From the NCBI GenBank assembly GCA_965644495.1, contig CBFFSA010000016.1, positions 1 through 64,000 on the forward strand: a stretch of DNA of 64,000 bases, given 5' to 3'. Below are positions 56,301 to 64,000 of this stretch, piece after piece (position 1 is the first letter of the stretch; each line of letters begins with the position of its first letter). Below the pieces are notes generated by a model. The model saw only the letters and a program-made list of their open reading frames with translations. It was not told the origin of the DNA and did not search any database. The stretch is from Perkinsela sp. CCAP 1560/9. Taxonomy: Eukaryota > Protista > Euglenozoa: Kinetoplastea. The position numbers and the translations under genes were made by a program.

Positions 56301-57777
56301 CCTGGATCTCTTCACATCCCATAACCTTTTTCATACCTGCGTCGCGAACGTTTAAAGGTTTTCCTCGCAAAGGGAAAACTCCGAATTTGTCACGACCAAT
56401 AGTTCCTAGGCCACTGACTGCCAAGGCTTTGGCGCTGTCACCCTCGGTGAGAATGAGTGTGCAATCTCCAGAGTGCTTGCCCCCTGCGTCGTTTGCGTCC
56501 TCAAGTTTCGGGATGCCAGTGACTCGTCCACTTCCTGCCCTTGCCTTCGCTGCCATCTGCTTTGTGAGTTTGCTATTGGCCGCCTCGACACTCCTGTTTA
56601 GGAGACCGGCCTTTAGAATGTAATCCACCATGCTGTTCGGAAGCACACACTTGGATCCAAAGTTGGGTTTCGTTGTGTTAAGCGTTTCTTTTGTTTGTGA
56701 GTCGAACGAGGGGTTCACAATTAGACAGTTAATGAACACGAAAATATGCGGTTTAATCATATGCGCCTTTACTTCAGTACCCTTCGCTTTTTTCTTTGCG
56801 CTCTCAATCACCTTTTCTACAATCTGGTCTACTATATATTTTACGTGATTGCCTCCGCGTGATGTTGCTATACTGTTCACGAAACTTACTTGTTGATATC
56901 CAATATTGCTTATGCGAACGCAAACTTCCCATCGATCATTAATCTTGGAAAAACTTTTGTCATTTTTTTCCTCGCCGAAAGTAGGGTATAAATCAACGTA
57001 AGATGCAAAGTTTCGTATTTTTAGCATAGTTCCGTTCAATCGTACTCGCAAGGAGGGGTCCGTAACTCCTGCAAGATCGTATACCCGCCGACACATGATG
57101 TCATAGATATCGTTTTCCATACTCTCCATGCCAAATTTAGAAAAATCAGGCCAGAAAGTAACGCAGGTAAAATCTTCACCCGAATCGGGTTCTATGTGAC
57201 TCTCCTCGTGTTGCGTCATATTGTTCTTCCACGTCATTTTAAAACGACGTCTACTAGCATGATGAGAAGTTTCTACAACAAACTTTCGTGAGAAAACATT
57301 CGTAAGTTTAGCACCGAATCCATTACGTCCCCCGGTCACTTTCATTTCCTCATCATCGTAGTTCGACGAAGTCAAGAGATGACCGAAAATCATTTCCGGA
57401 ATCCAAAGGTTATGCTCCTTGTGCTTCTTTACCGGAATGCCCTCTCCATTGTTCCAAACACGAACTCGACCTGTCTCACGATCAATATCAACTTGAACTT
57501 GCGTTTGTCCCTTCGGGTCGCGAATCTTGTTGTCTGCACTGTTCACCAATATTTCATCAAATATTTTGTACAAGCCAGGAATCCACGAACATTTCCGCTG
57601 AATCATACTCCCTGTAACTTCGTCATAAATCCAAACCTCATCGACTATCCGTTCACAGCTCCCGATGTACATCTCAGGCCGAGCAAGAATATGCTCATGC
57701 TGTGTTTTCTTTTGATAGGTTTGTTCAAGCGTCTTTTTTCTACTCGATGGGGCAACAACAGGTTCTGCGGCTTCCAT
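53329..57777 (-). CDS. TOP2: Nuclear DNA topoisomerase II
   Basis: KIFDEILVN, TGGRNGFGAKL, TEGDSA, PLRGK, DQDQDGSHIKGL, ASARY active site, charged C-terminal tail. Confidence 0.99.
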   Translation of the reverse strand: MEAAEPVVAPSSRKKTLEQTYQKKTQHEHILARPEMYIGSCERIVDEVWIYDEVTGSMIQRKCSWIPGLYKIFDEILVNSADNKIRDPKGQTQVQVDIDRETGRVRVWNNGEGIPVKKHKEHNLWIPEMIFGHLLTSSNYDDEEMKVTGGRNGFGAKLTNVFSRKFVVETSHHASRRRFKMTWKNNMTQHEESHIEPDSGEDFTCVTFWPDFSKFGMESMENDIYDIMCRRVYDLAGVTDPSLRVRLNGTMLKIRNFASYVDLYPTFGEEKNDKSFSKINDRWEVCVRISNIGYQQVSFVNSIATSRGGNHVKYIVDQIVEKVIESAKKKAKGTEVKAHMIKPHIFVFINCLIVNPSFDSQTKETLNTTKPNFGSKCVLPNSMVDYILKAGLLNRSVEAANSKLTKQMAAKARAGSGRVTGIPKLEDANDAGGKHSGDCTLILTEGDSAKALAVSGLGTIGRDKFGVFPLRGKPLNVRDAGMKKVMGCEEIQAIMKIMGIKIGTQYTSADGLRYGHIMVMSDQDQDGSHIKGLIVNFIHSFWPSLARLPGFLTQFITPIVKAFAKRSGEVKSFFALNAFLEWRRSLSDVEKKNWTFKYYKGLGTSTSKEGKEYFSNLRDHKIDFLYVPDGEDDKQIVLAFGKDKADERKRWIQDYKASSQEQLDYRIKRMRYKDFIDKELIQFSIADCERSIPSLVDGLKPGQRKILYCCFKRNLRSSIKVAQLAGYVSEHAAYHHGEASLQATIVGLAQDYVGANNVPLLFPDGQFGTRLQGGKDCASARYIFTRLCGAARLLYPKTDDDLLEYKDDDGFPVEPHHYVPILPVVLINGTTGIGTGFATSIPNHNPWDVLQNIRNLMAGRDLIPMVPWYYGFQGTIVEREPGKYNSVGTYRVTNDMLVQVRELPIGYWTGQYKQHLEELMQKEFVLTFREHHTDTTVDFDIVLHPEVLRTWAEKGILEERLDLRGSIPASNLMCFDENGKLTKYADAHAILKAFYIIRLEFYSKRKELLLKKYRDFCEKLRNMVRFIKEIIDGSLVVSKKKKPILLQELRKKNYRAFPVESASGAKKGQALAQVDESKEDEDTLLRVAESSADVSESPEVLQGTKDYDYLFSMKLWSLTIERVSALEAQLASVLQQIKELEVKSAKDLWEEDLIKLEQGLKEYFAGREKENLEAIRKLKTRKTYDTTRIRVPVLSDTARRALLKDSEAAERKLAIRKPKRLKEESERNSISFDESRQSAPKASKRTLEKGKGNNKTVKPRRQRKSFWSESSESLAYSLSSETGSEYSVETSEAGTDSDDVPLGVMGRRRPTAKNQNKAAASKVQVPEPTEFDLDAFGVDALDTRDVPSSIDQSQKRINTRKIDAGPKNRKERPENITKNERKKPKKYLHSDDDEQSSSTIDFSTSSGEDDYDSSTEADSDYREKPKKNSQIRKPVVQKPRMKAIDNLSSTTTTSVDVPRPKGEEKMQKGKENFLDDDDFDFL

Positions 57778-58395
57778 TGAACAAAATAAAGACAGAAAAT
57801 CTAGAAATACAGATAATAAATCGTGCTAAGATTTTGGTTTTTTAGAAAAGGCATACATTCTAACTCCTACTACACAGGAGTGCTAATGCAGTACTCGTAC
57901 GCACACTCATTGACTGATATGGACTTACATCCAGTGAATTGAATTGAGTGATTGTGTAACAACATCTAGAATCTGACTTTCGTAGCTAGTATATTTCAGA
58001 TACTGTAAATTAGTTATGATCTTTTGAACCTACAAGATTCTTTATCAGTAAAATTCGTTATTGAACAAATCTTAAATAAAGTGAGAACCCCTCCTACGTC
58101 TCCGAAAATAGAGAAAAAAATAGAAAATGGTAGGTGAACGGATAGACAGGAAAAATATTTTTATACGTAGCGCTTCTAAAAAAGATGGAAACGAGGCAAG
58201 CAAAACATAAATGAAGCAAGTAAAAAGATATTATAGAAAGAAAAGCAAAAATTTCAAGTGAACATAAAGGGCGAAGCTTTTCACAAGAAGAAAGTCTTCT
58301 TACCCATTCTCAAAAGGTCAAGGGAGTATCATTCGCAAGGTGAATTTTGAAATCAATGAACCCAATTTACTTTGAATGACATTTTATCGTTAATC

Positions 58396-60627
58396 TCAAC
58401 ACGGTTTTGCCATGGATCGAAGTAAATCTCGTGCAAGTATGCTTCCATCAATTAATTTAGCATTCGGAATATCCTTGTATATCGACCAAAGTGTAGAAAA
58501 TTCACTGACTGCAGTACAGACGTTCTTTCTAAAGCAGTTTCCTACGGCGATTGCAAGTTGAACGCACAATTTATCTTCTGACGCGTATTTATAAATTTCT
58601 GAAATAGAATGATGTGAAAACAAGTCTGCAGTCAGATTGATGCAAGCAACTGCGCTATCATGTACTTTCTGTGTACTTTCCTTCGCTGTATTGGTAAGAC
58701 ACTTTACCTTGGATGACGAAATTGGAAGAGAAAGTAATCCTTCTTTCGCTAATGACTGTGAATTCAAGGTTTCTTGCCATAAGCTTTGCATTATTTTTGT
58801 GGCGGTGCCCTCGATAAAGTCACACGAAAAGCAAATTTCCAGACATAAACTTGCCGTTAAAACATAAGCCAGTGACTCGTTAGCTTTTTCCAATTTCCCT
58901 TTCGACTCGTAAAATAAAGATAATCTTAGCGCTCGCCATATTGACGATGCAAAAAGGCGTGGTCTCCACACCATTGCTGCGTGAACAGAACAAACCAAAA
59001 GCGCACGAACACTTTCAACTGGAGATAGCAGAAAATCGTACGACTCAATAAGGAAATGGACTGCCTCGTTATGCTTGCGTACTATCTCACAAGTAATGTA
59101 GCCCCCCGATTCCTTGAGATAGCACCGACTAAGATCGTGGTAACACTGTATCCAGGATAACAACAGAAAGCTAGGATGCTTTGATGAGCCCTTCATGTCT
59201 TGGGCCGTGCTGTAAGCATTGCTAATCGTACTTTTTGCGTCAAAAAAGTTTTCTTGAACCATGTCTTGCAACTTTCTACCAACATCACTGAATTCGCGTC
59301 GTATTCTACCTTGCAGCTCCGCGCAAATTTTGAAAAGGTGATCAAAATGATCCGCCTCAAGTATACAAGATGCCATATCAACCAAAACGCGAATAAATGC
59401 TGCATTGCTGCTTTTAAAGCTTCGGGTATCTTGTTCAAGAAACCGGTAGGATGCCAGTAATGTTTGATATTTTCGATGCACTGATAAATTCCGAAAAACT
59501 CCAGCTCCTTGCAACAAGCGCTCCTCTCCGGTGACATCATTCGTTTCCTTCTGTAACCAGGTCGACATCTTAGAAGACTCCACGTAACATGACGGTGACA
59601 TCGAATTCTGAGTAGTTGGCACTCGTTCAGCCAAGTTGTCTTCATGCTTGCCCTTTGGCGCAGCGTGCAGGCAGCGTGCCGCCTTGTTGGAATCATCGCT
59701 TTGTGGTGAGATTGTTGTCAAACCTTTGTTATGAGAAGGAAGAACCTCTATTGGGGCAACAGTGCAGGGTCGGAGTGGTGGGATCGGGCTGCCACATAAC
59801 GGGTCACAAACAAGAGCGTCAAGCTGAGTGACCAAACGGTTATTTTTTCTGGAATCAGATTCCACTATGCAGTTTTTAAGAAGTGTTTCCCCTTCGCGGA
59901 GCACAGATTTGGCAGTGTGAATAGCGTCGAGTAAATGTATCATACGATTCCGTGACGTGCGCTCCATGTTGTGATTAGGCAGATAATCCAGGCGCAACAA
60001 AATTCGGTGAGCTAAATATGCGGTCAGACAATGGAGCGGACGCACACCTATTTCAACTAAAATTTGCGCGTCTTCAATCATTGCACTTTCGTACTGAAGC
60101 AAGATAAAATTTTCTGAAACTTTTGTGCATCTTGCGATGAACTTCTTAACATCTCCCACCGTGGTAAGCCTTGTAAGTGGGATTAAGTGAAGCGATTCCT
60201 GTGTCTTTTCTCGATTATGGGTCATCCTAGGTAAGATATTTCTAAGGACTACCTGAACAGTGAGTACTTTTCCATCACAAAATTTGTAGAAGCAACGACA
60301 TCCAAGGACTCTTCGCGGAGCTTTTCCCAATGGATTTTCAAGAACATAAGAGTCCATAGTGGGAGCGATTACCTTATTGTGGGAAGCAGGCCCGCAATCT
60401 TGAAGGATTTCGTCAATCGCTAGACCGGAAACCTTGCAGATATCATTTTCTACGGAGTTCTTTGCAAAGCATTTAGAAGCTGACGTTACGGGTTCTGTGA
60501 ATCGAAACATAGGCGAAATTTTCTCCAGGTCTGAGTGTAAAGTCATTTCGTCTGGAATAAGATCTGAAAGAGGTACTATTCGTGGCGCGATAAGGTTTTG
60601 CTTCTCCTGAGCAAAAGCCGTACTCAT
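58396..60627 (-). CDS. Hypothetical protein with an internal ubiquitin-like domain, 743 aa
   Basis: TTVGDVKKFIA..V..ILLQYE..IEDAQILVEIGV resembles a Ubl fold; the rest is unrecognised. Confidence 0.7.
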   Translation of the reverse strand: MSTAFAQEKQNLIAPRIVPLSDLIPDEMTLHSDLEKISPMFRFTEPVTSASKCFAKNSVENDICKVSGLAIDEILQDCGPASHNKVIAPTMDSYVLENPLGKAPRRVLGCRCFYKFCDGKVLTVQVVLRNILPRMTHNREKTQESLHLIPLTRLTTVGDVKKFIARCTKVSENFILLQYESAMIEDAQILVEIGVRPLHCLTAYLAHRILLRLDYLPNHNMERTSRNRMIHLLDAIHTAKSVLREGETLLKNCIVESDSRKNNRLVTQLDALVCDPLCGSPIPPLRPCTVAPIEVLPSHNKGLTTISPQSDDSNKAARCLHAAPKGKHEDNLAERVPTTQNSMSPSCYVESSKMSTWLQKETNDVTGEERLLQGAGVFRNLSVHRKYQTLLASYRFLEQDTRSFKSSNAAFIRVLVDMASCILEADHFDHLFKICAELQGRIRREFSDVGRKLQDMVQENFFDAKSTISNAYSTAQDMKGSSKHPSFLLLSWIQCYHDLSRCYLKESGGYITCEIVRKHNEAVHFLIESYDFLLSPVESVRALLVCSVHAAMVWRPRLFASSIWRALRLSLFYESKGKLEKANESLAYVLTASLCLEICFSCDFIEGTATKIMQSLWQETLNSQSLAKEGLLSLPISSSKVKCLTNTAKESTQKVHDSAVACINLTADLFSHHSISEIYKYASEDKLCVQLAIAVGNCFRKNVCTAVSEFSTLWSIYKDIPNAKLIDGSILARDLLRSMAKPC

Positions 60628-60845
60628 GCAAGTGATGTAGTGTGAGTTCTATAAAAGACGAAGTTAGTTGCGCAAGTTAGTTACATCCTAAAAATACTCT
60701 ATCTTAAAAGATATGATAGCATCATCAAAGACGAAGCATACAAAACTTGTAACTGATAATCGCGCGAAAAAGCATCGTGGCAGGCGAGTGGAGGTCCCAA
60801 ACTCTCAAAAATACAAAAGGAAAACGTTTTTAAAAATTAACCATA

Positions 60846-61316
60846 CTGTGACCCCCCCTTTAATATGCCCACATTTTTGGCGTATGTGCATATTAAAGGG
60901 GTGGGGGGTGCTTTATAAGGGGGGATCTAAAAAAATTGCGTCACTTCGCTGACCGCTTCTTTTCTCTCAGAATGTCTGACTGGTCCTCCGAAATGCTTTT
61001 TTGCTAATCTTGGCGTTGTGTTGGGCCTTGTGTTTGTTTTATTGCACTTTATTGCTGCCATTCGCTGGACGATCTCTATTTTTTGTAGATTCTCTTTTTA
61101 GAGATGGACTTGATCGCCTGGCGATCACCCCCTTTCGCGCGACCCCCGCTAAATAGGGGGGAAGATGGTAATTGTGGGATATGCGTCCCGAGACGCTTAA
61201 AATGGTCCTAGAAGTTTTTAAAACTAAAAACATTCCAAGAAATATTGACACGATTTTTGAAAAGAATGAACTTTTCGTCAAATATTAGTTCCTACGGCAC
61301 ATCCAGGGTAGAACGG
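60846..61316. mobile_element. Cluster of degenerate MITE ends
   Basis: ta|ctgtgaccccccctttaatatgc (like the 38045 and 45211 ends), ctaaataggggggaagatgg|ta near 61168, and cagggtagaacgg near 61304 (like the 45127 TIR). Confidence 0.5.
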
Positions 61317-61383
61317 TTTTTTGTAAGATGTTATTTAGTGCATCCGCGAACAAAAAAAGAAGAAATACACAGTATGTTATACT

Positions 61384-64000
61384 CTAATTTCCAAATATGA
61401 TTCTCTTTGATGAAGAAGGAAATGTATGTGAGACTACGTCAAGTAAAGTACTAGAAAGCTGTTTGCGGTGAATAAGCGAATAAAGAAAATGTCCTTGGCT
61501 GTTCATTGACACAGGTATAACACCGGACCCGCTGTACGTATTAGAAAAGAGTTCTAATACATACTCATGAAAATCAAGTAAAATAAGGTCAATCTGTTGT
61601 GGTAATAGAATGTGCAACATGGACTGGCACCTCGGTCCTATTTCGGATCTAAGTAGCGCACATGTCCAGTGTTGTGAACTCACCAAGACGTGAAAAGCAA
61701 AGAGTCGCAAATCTAGGGCAAGGACAGCTAAGCAAAACCTTTTAATTCTGCGCATTCTTTTATACAAATGGCAGAAGCTTTTTTCGGAAGTGCTTTCTGC
61801 GGTAAGTACAGAGCGACTTGTTAATGCACATAAATCAGTGAGTTCTAAATTCGACTCTTGCCCGCGAGAGAGAAGAATCTCGTTCGTTCCCGCCATCTCT
61901 ATGTTGCGCAACGCATTATCCATTAGACCAATGGAGAAAGTGAACCTCAATAAGATGTGAACAGTTGACAGCGGTAACTGTGTGTATTCGGTTCCACACT
62001 TTCGGCTATTCTGCCCCAAAACGTTCAAAAGAAAAACTTTTAATACTGACTCGTCATCAGGATGCCCACCATGTTCATCATTATGCTCGCTTGAAAGCTC
62101 GAGAAAAAGAGAGCGCGGAAGGCCCACCTCCCGAACCTTACTCCTCAAGACGCCACACAAATAATCTATCCAAACAGTATACAAAGAGAAAAGAATTTTA
62201 CACATCACTGAAAAGCAAAAAGGTATTTGTAACGCTAACTCGAGGCAGTAATTCTGAATTCGCACGAGCTCACAGGAACTTTGGTCTAGCACGTAGTCAG
62301 TACCTCCTAATAGGAAGAGAGGATTGTTGTTGTCTTCTGGTACTTGGAATCGCAAAATTTTGACGTTTCTGATGGAAAAGTCTTCGGCATTGTGATCCAA
62401 AGCAATTTTTAGGCGTTGCAGTATGTGTGCATACATGCTGGGAAGTGTCTGCTTCAATATGGTCACACGCGATTGAGATAAGAATGATGAGAAAGTAGTC
62501 TCATGAGGTACTATCGGCTCAGACAGTCTAGCGTACTTGGAAATAAGACCATTTAGTTTAGTACTAAACTGAGCAAGTGGTAAATAGATATAAGGCAAAG
62601 TCATGTGGCTCGTCACGCATAGCTTGTTTGGTGCATCCAAGAATGCATCTTTTTCACAGCGCGATTGTTTGCTCGTAGAAGTTACAGAATTTTTTTCAAT
62701 TCCTGTTTCTTCTAGCATTGAAAGCGTCTTACTAGAGATCAAGAAATTCGGTATCATATCCACGTGAATATTAGCCAACTCTTTTCTTAGCGTGCCAAAT
62801 GATGCATCTACGTTATATGTGGTTTCGCTGAGATCAGATGCATCGGTAGCAGTCCTTGTCTCAACACAAGTAACATTTTTCCCTTTTTCTAAATCCTTAC
62901 TTCGACATGTTCCGTATATAGGGGCGTCCGCTAGCCCTTGTATCAGTGTAATACATTTTTGTTGGGCTTCTAAAAGTAAACTTCGTAGTTGAAATTGCTT
63001 TGCTCTCACTAAATCATTCGTCGCAACGCTCGTAGCATTCCTTAATATAGCTAAAGGGGCCTCATAAGGCTTTCTTAGAACATTACTTTCATCTATAAAC
63101 TGGGACTCGTGATGCACTTCTTCGCTAGAAAGTCTCTTAATCACAGATTCTAATTGTGCGTAAGGTGCGGCAGAGTGGAAAACGGGATACGCATTCGACA
63201 ACAGATAGGACGAATCGACGTCAATATCAAGAGTCTCGGCCTGATGATATGAATCGTATTCATCTAGAAAGTCAACCAACCTGCGAAGAATGGAAATTAT
63301 GTGAGGATCATGCTTATCATGATTTGATGCATTATCCTCCATCTCTCGTCCAATTTCTTTTTGCAATGCCTTTCTAAGTTCAATGTTCACTATTGAGGGT
63401 TCACTACAGCGCATCTCTGTGGGCTTTAATTGGCTGACATGTGAATTACTCTCTTCTCCATCGAAAGATAAACCAATGGGCTTGTACTGTGGACATGAAC
63501 TATCGTACCGCAAGCCTACATGTCCCTCCCTGGCGTATTTATTCGAACCGATTCTGAAATGTGGCAATGCTATTTCAATAAATATGTCGTGAAACATACA
63601 CACGTTGTTTAGAAAAACAAGTGTTCGACTGAAGCAACGGGTTAACACACTTTGCAGTTTCGTCCACGGAAAGGAAAGAAAATCGCCCGAACAGTCAGAA
63701 GTGCTCAAACATGTTTTGATATCCGGGAGAAAAGAGCTTAGGAGATCCTCTACATGTGATTGAACACACTGCAGAACATTATGATAGCCTAATTCCGATA
63801 TGCCAAGTGAGTTTATACAGTTAATGTAGTGCTTCAAGTGACGCTCAGAGGAAGATACTGGAAGACCTTGGGCCTTCAAAATTGTACGATCTAGTCCTTT
63901 AAGAAGTTGCGCTATACATTTTTTTCGCAGTTTATCAAACTTATTTTGTTGTGAAAGAAACTCTTCAGAAACTTCCTGAGGAATCTGCAAGCGAGTTGCC
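61384..64000 (-). CDS. Large helical protein, possibly exocyst Sec8/EXOC4-like; 5' end beyond the window
   Basis: Frame stays open to the window end; CLAVLALDLRLFAFHVL resembles the Sec8 C-terminal motif; SM and trafficking genes occur in the same cluster. Confidence 0.55.
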   Translation of the reverse strand, partial: ATRLQIPQEVSEEFLSQQNKFDKLRKKCIAQLLKGLDRTILKAQGLPVSSSERHLKHYINCINSLGISELGYHNVLQCVQSHVEDLLSSFLPDIKTCLSTSDCSGDFLSFPWTKLQSVLTRCFSRTLVFLNNVCMFHDIFIEIALPHFRIGSNKYAREGHVGLRYDSSCPQYKPIGLSFDGEESNSHVSQLKPTEMRCSEPSIVNIELRKALQKEIGREMEDNASNHDKHDPHIISILRRLVDFLDEYDSYHQAETLDIDVDSSYLLSNAYPVFHSAAPYAQLESVIKRLSSEEVHHESQFIDESNVLRKPYEAPLAILRNATSVATNDLVRAKQFQLRSLLLEAQQKCITLIQGLADAPIYGTCRSKDLEKGKNVTCVETRTATDASDLSETTYNVDASFGTLRKELANIHVDMIPNFLISSKTLSMLEETGIEKNSVTSTSKQSRCEKDAFLDAPNKLCVTSHMTLPYIYLPLAQFSTKLNGLISKYARLSEPIVPHETTFSSFLSQSRVTILKQTLPSMYAHILQRLKIALDHNAEDFSIRNVKILRFQVPEDNNNPLFLLGGTDYVLDQSSCELVRIQNYCLELALQIPFCFSVMCKILFSLYTVWIDYLCGVLRSKVREVGLPRSLFLELSSEHNDEHGGHPDDESVLKVFLLNVLGQNSRKCGTEYTQLPLSTVHILLRFTFSIGLMDNALRNIEMAGTNEILLSRGQESNLELTDLCALTSRSVLTAESTSEKSFCHLYKRMRRIKRFCLAVLALDLRLFAFHVLVSSQHWTCALLRSEIGPRCQSMLHILLPQQIDLILLDFHEYVLELFSNTYSGSGVIPVSMNSQGHFLYSLIHRKQLSSTLLDVVSHTFPSSSKRIIFGN

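Noticed and set aside
1-64000. tRNA, rRNA or snoRNA genes; whole-window bacterial origin
   Set aside because: No convincing RNA gene seen by eye (a covariance-model scan is needed to exclude them); ATM, RPL29, Sec1 and TOP2 are eukaryotic.

Overview
Eukaryotic, intron-free, gene-dense DNA in which every host gene lies on the minus strand. This is a unidirectional cluster of the kind kinetoplastids transcribe polycistronically. The HSP83-type tandem array and a Tc-38/RBP38-like gene also point to a kinetoplastid, possibly an early-branching Perkinsela-like lineage (inference). 1-13.8 kb is a 2587-bp-unit HSP90 array: five full copies, a partial copy at the window edge, and a 3' stub fused to a dead Merlin/IS1016-type transposase. 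15-31 kb holds ATM kinase, dephospho-CoA kinase, an AFG2-like AAA ATPase, a hypothetical gene and a WD40/Cyp40-type-TPR chimera. 31.1-40.3 kb is a nested DNA-transposon graveyard: Tc1-like elements, two diverged copies of a bacterial-type IS30 transposase, a pogo-like fragment followed by a Ulp1-like protease remnant, a Pro/His repeat coding relic and several MITEs. All of its coding relics lie antisense to the host genes. 40.4-64 kb holds GUF1, Sec1, a Tc-38-like gene, two DnaJ genes, RPL29, a SAP30BP-like gene, a coiled-coil protein, topoisomerase II, a Ubl-domain protein and a Sec8-like gene, with further MITEs. Best leads: a resident IS30-like family in a eukaryote, the uniformly antisense TE island, the pogo-Ulp1 element, a TIR pair bracketing GUF1+Sec1, and the WD40-Cyp40TPR fusion. 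All family assignments come from motif recognition by eye; no searches were run.
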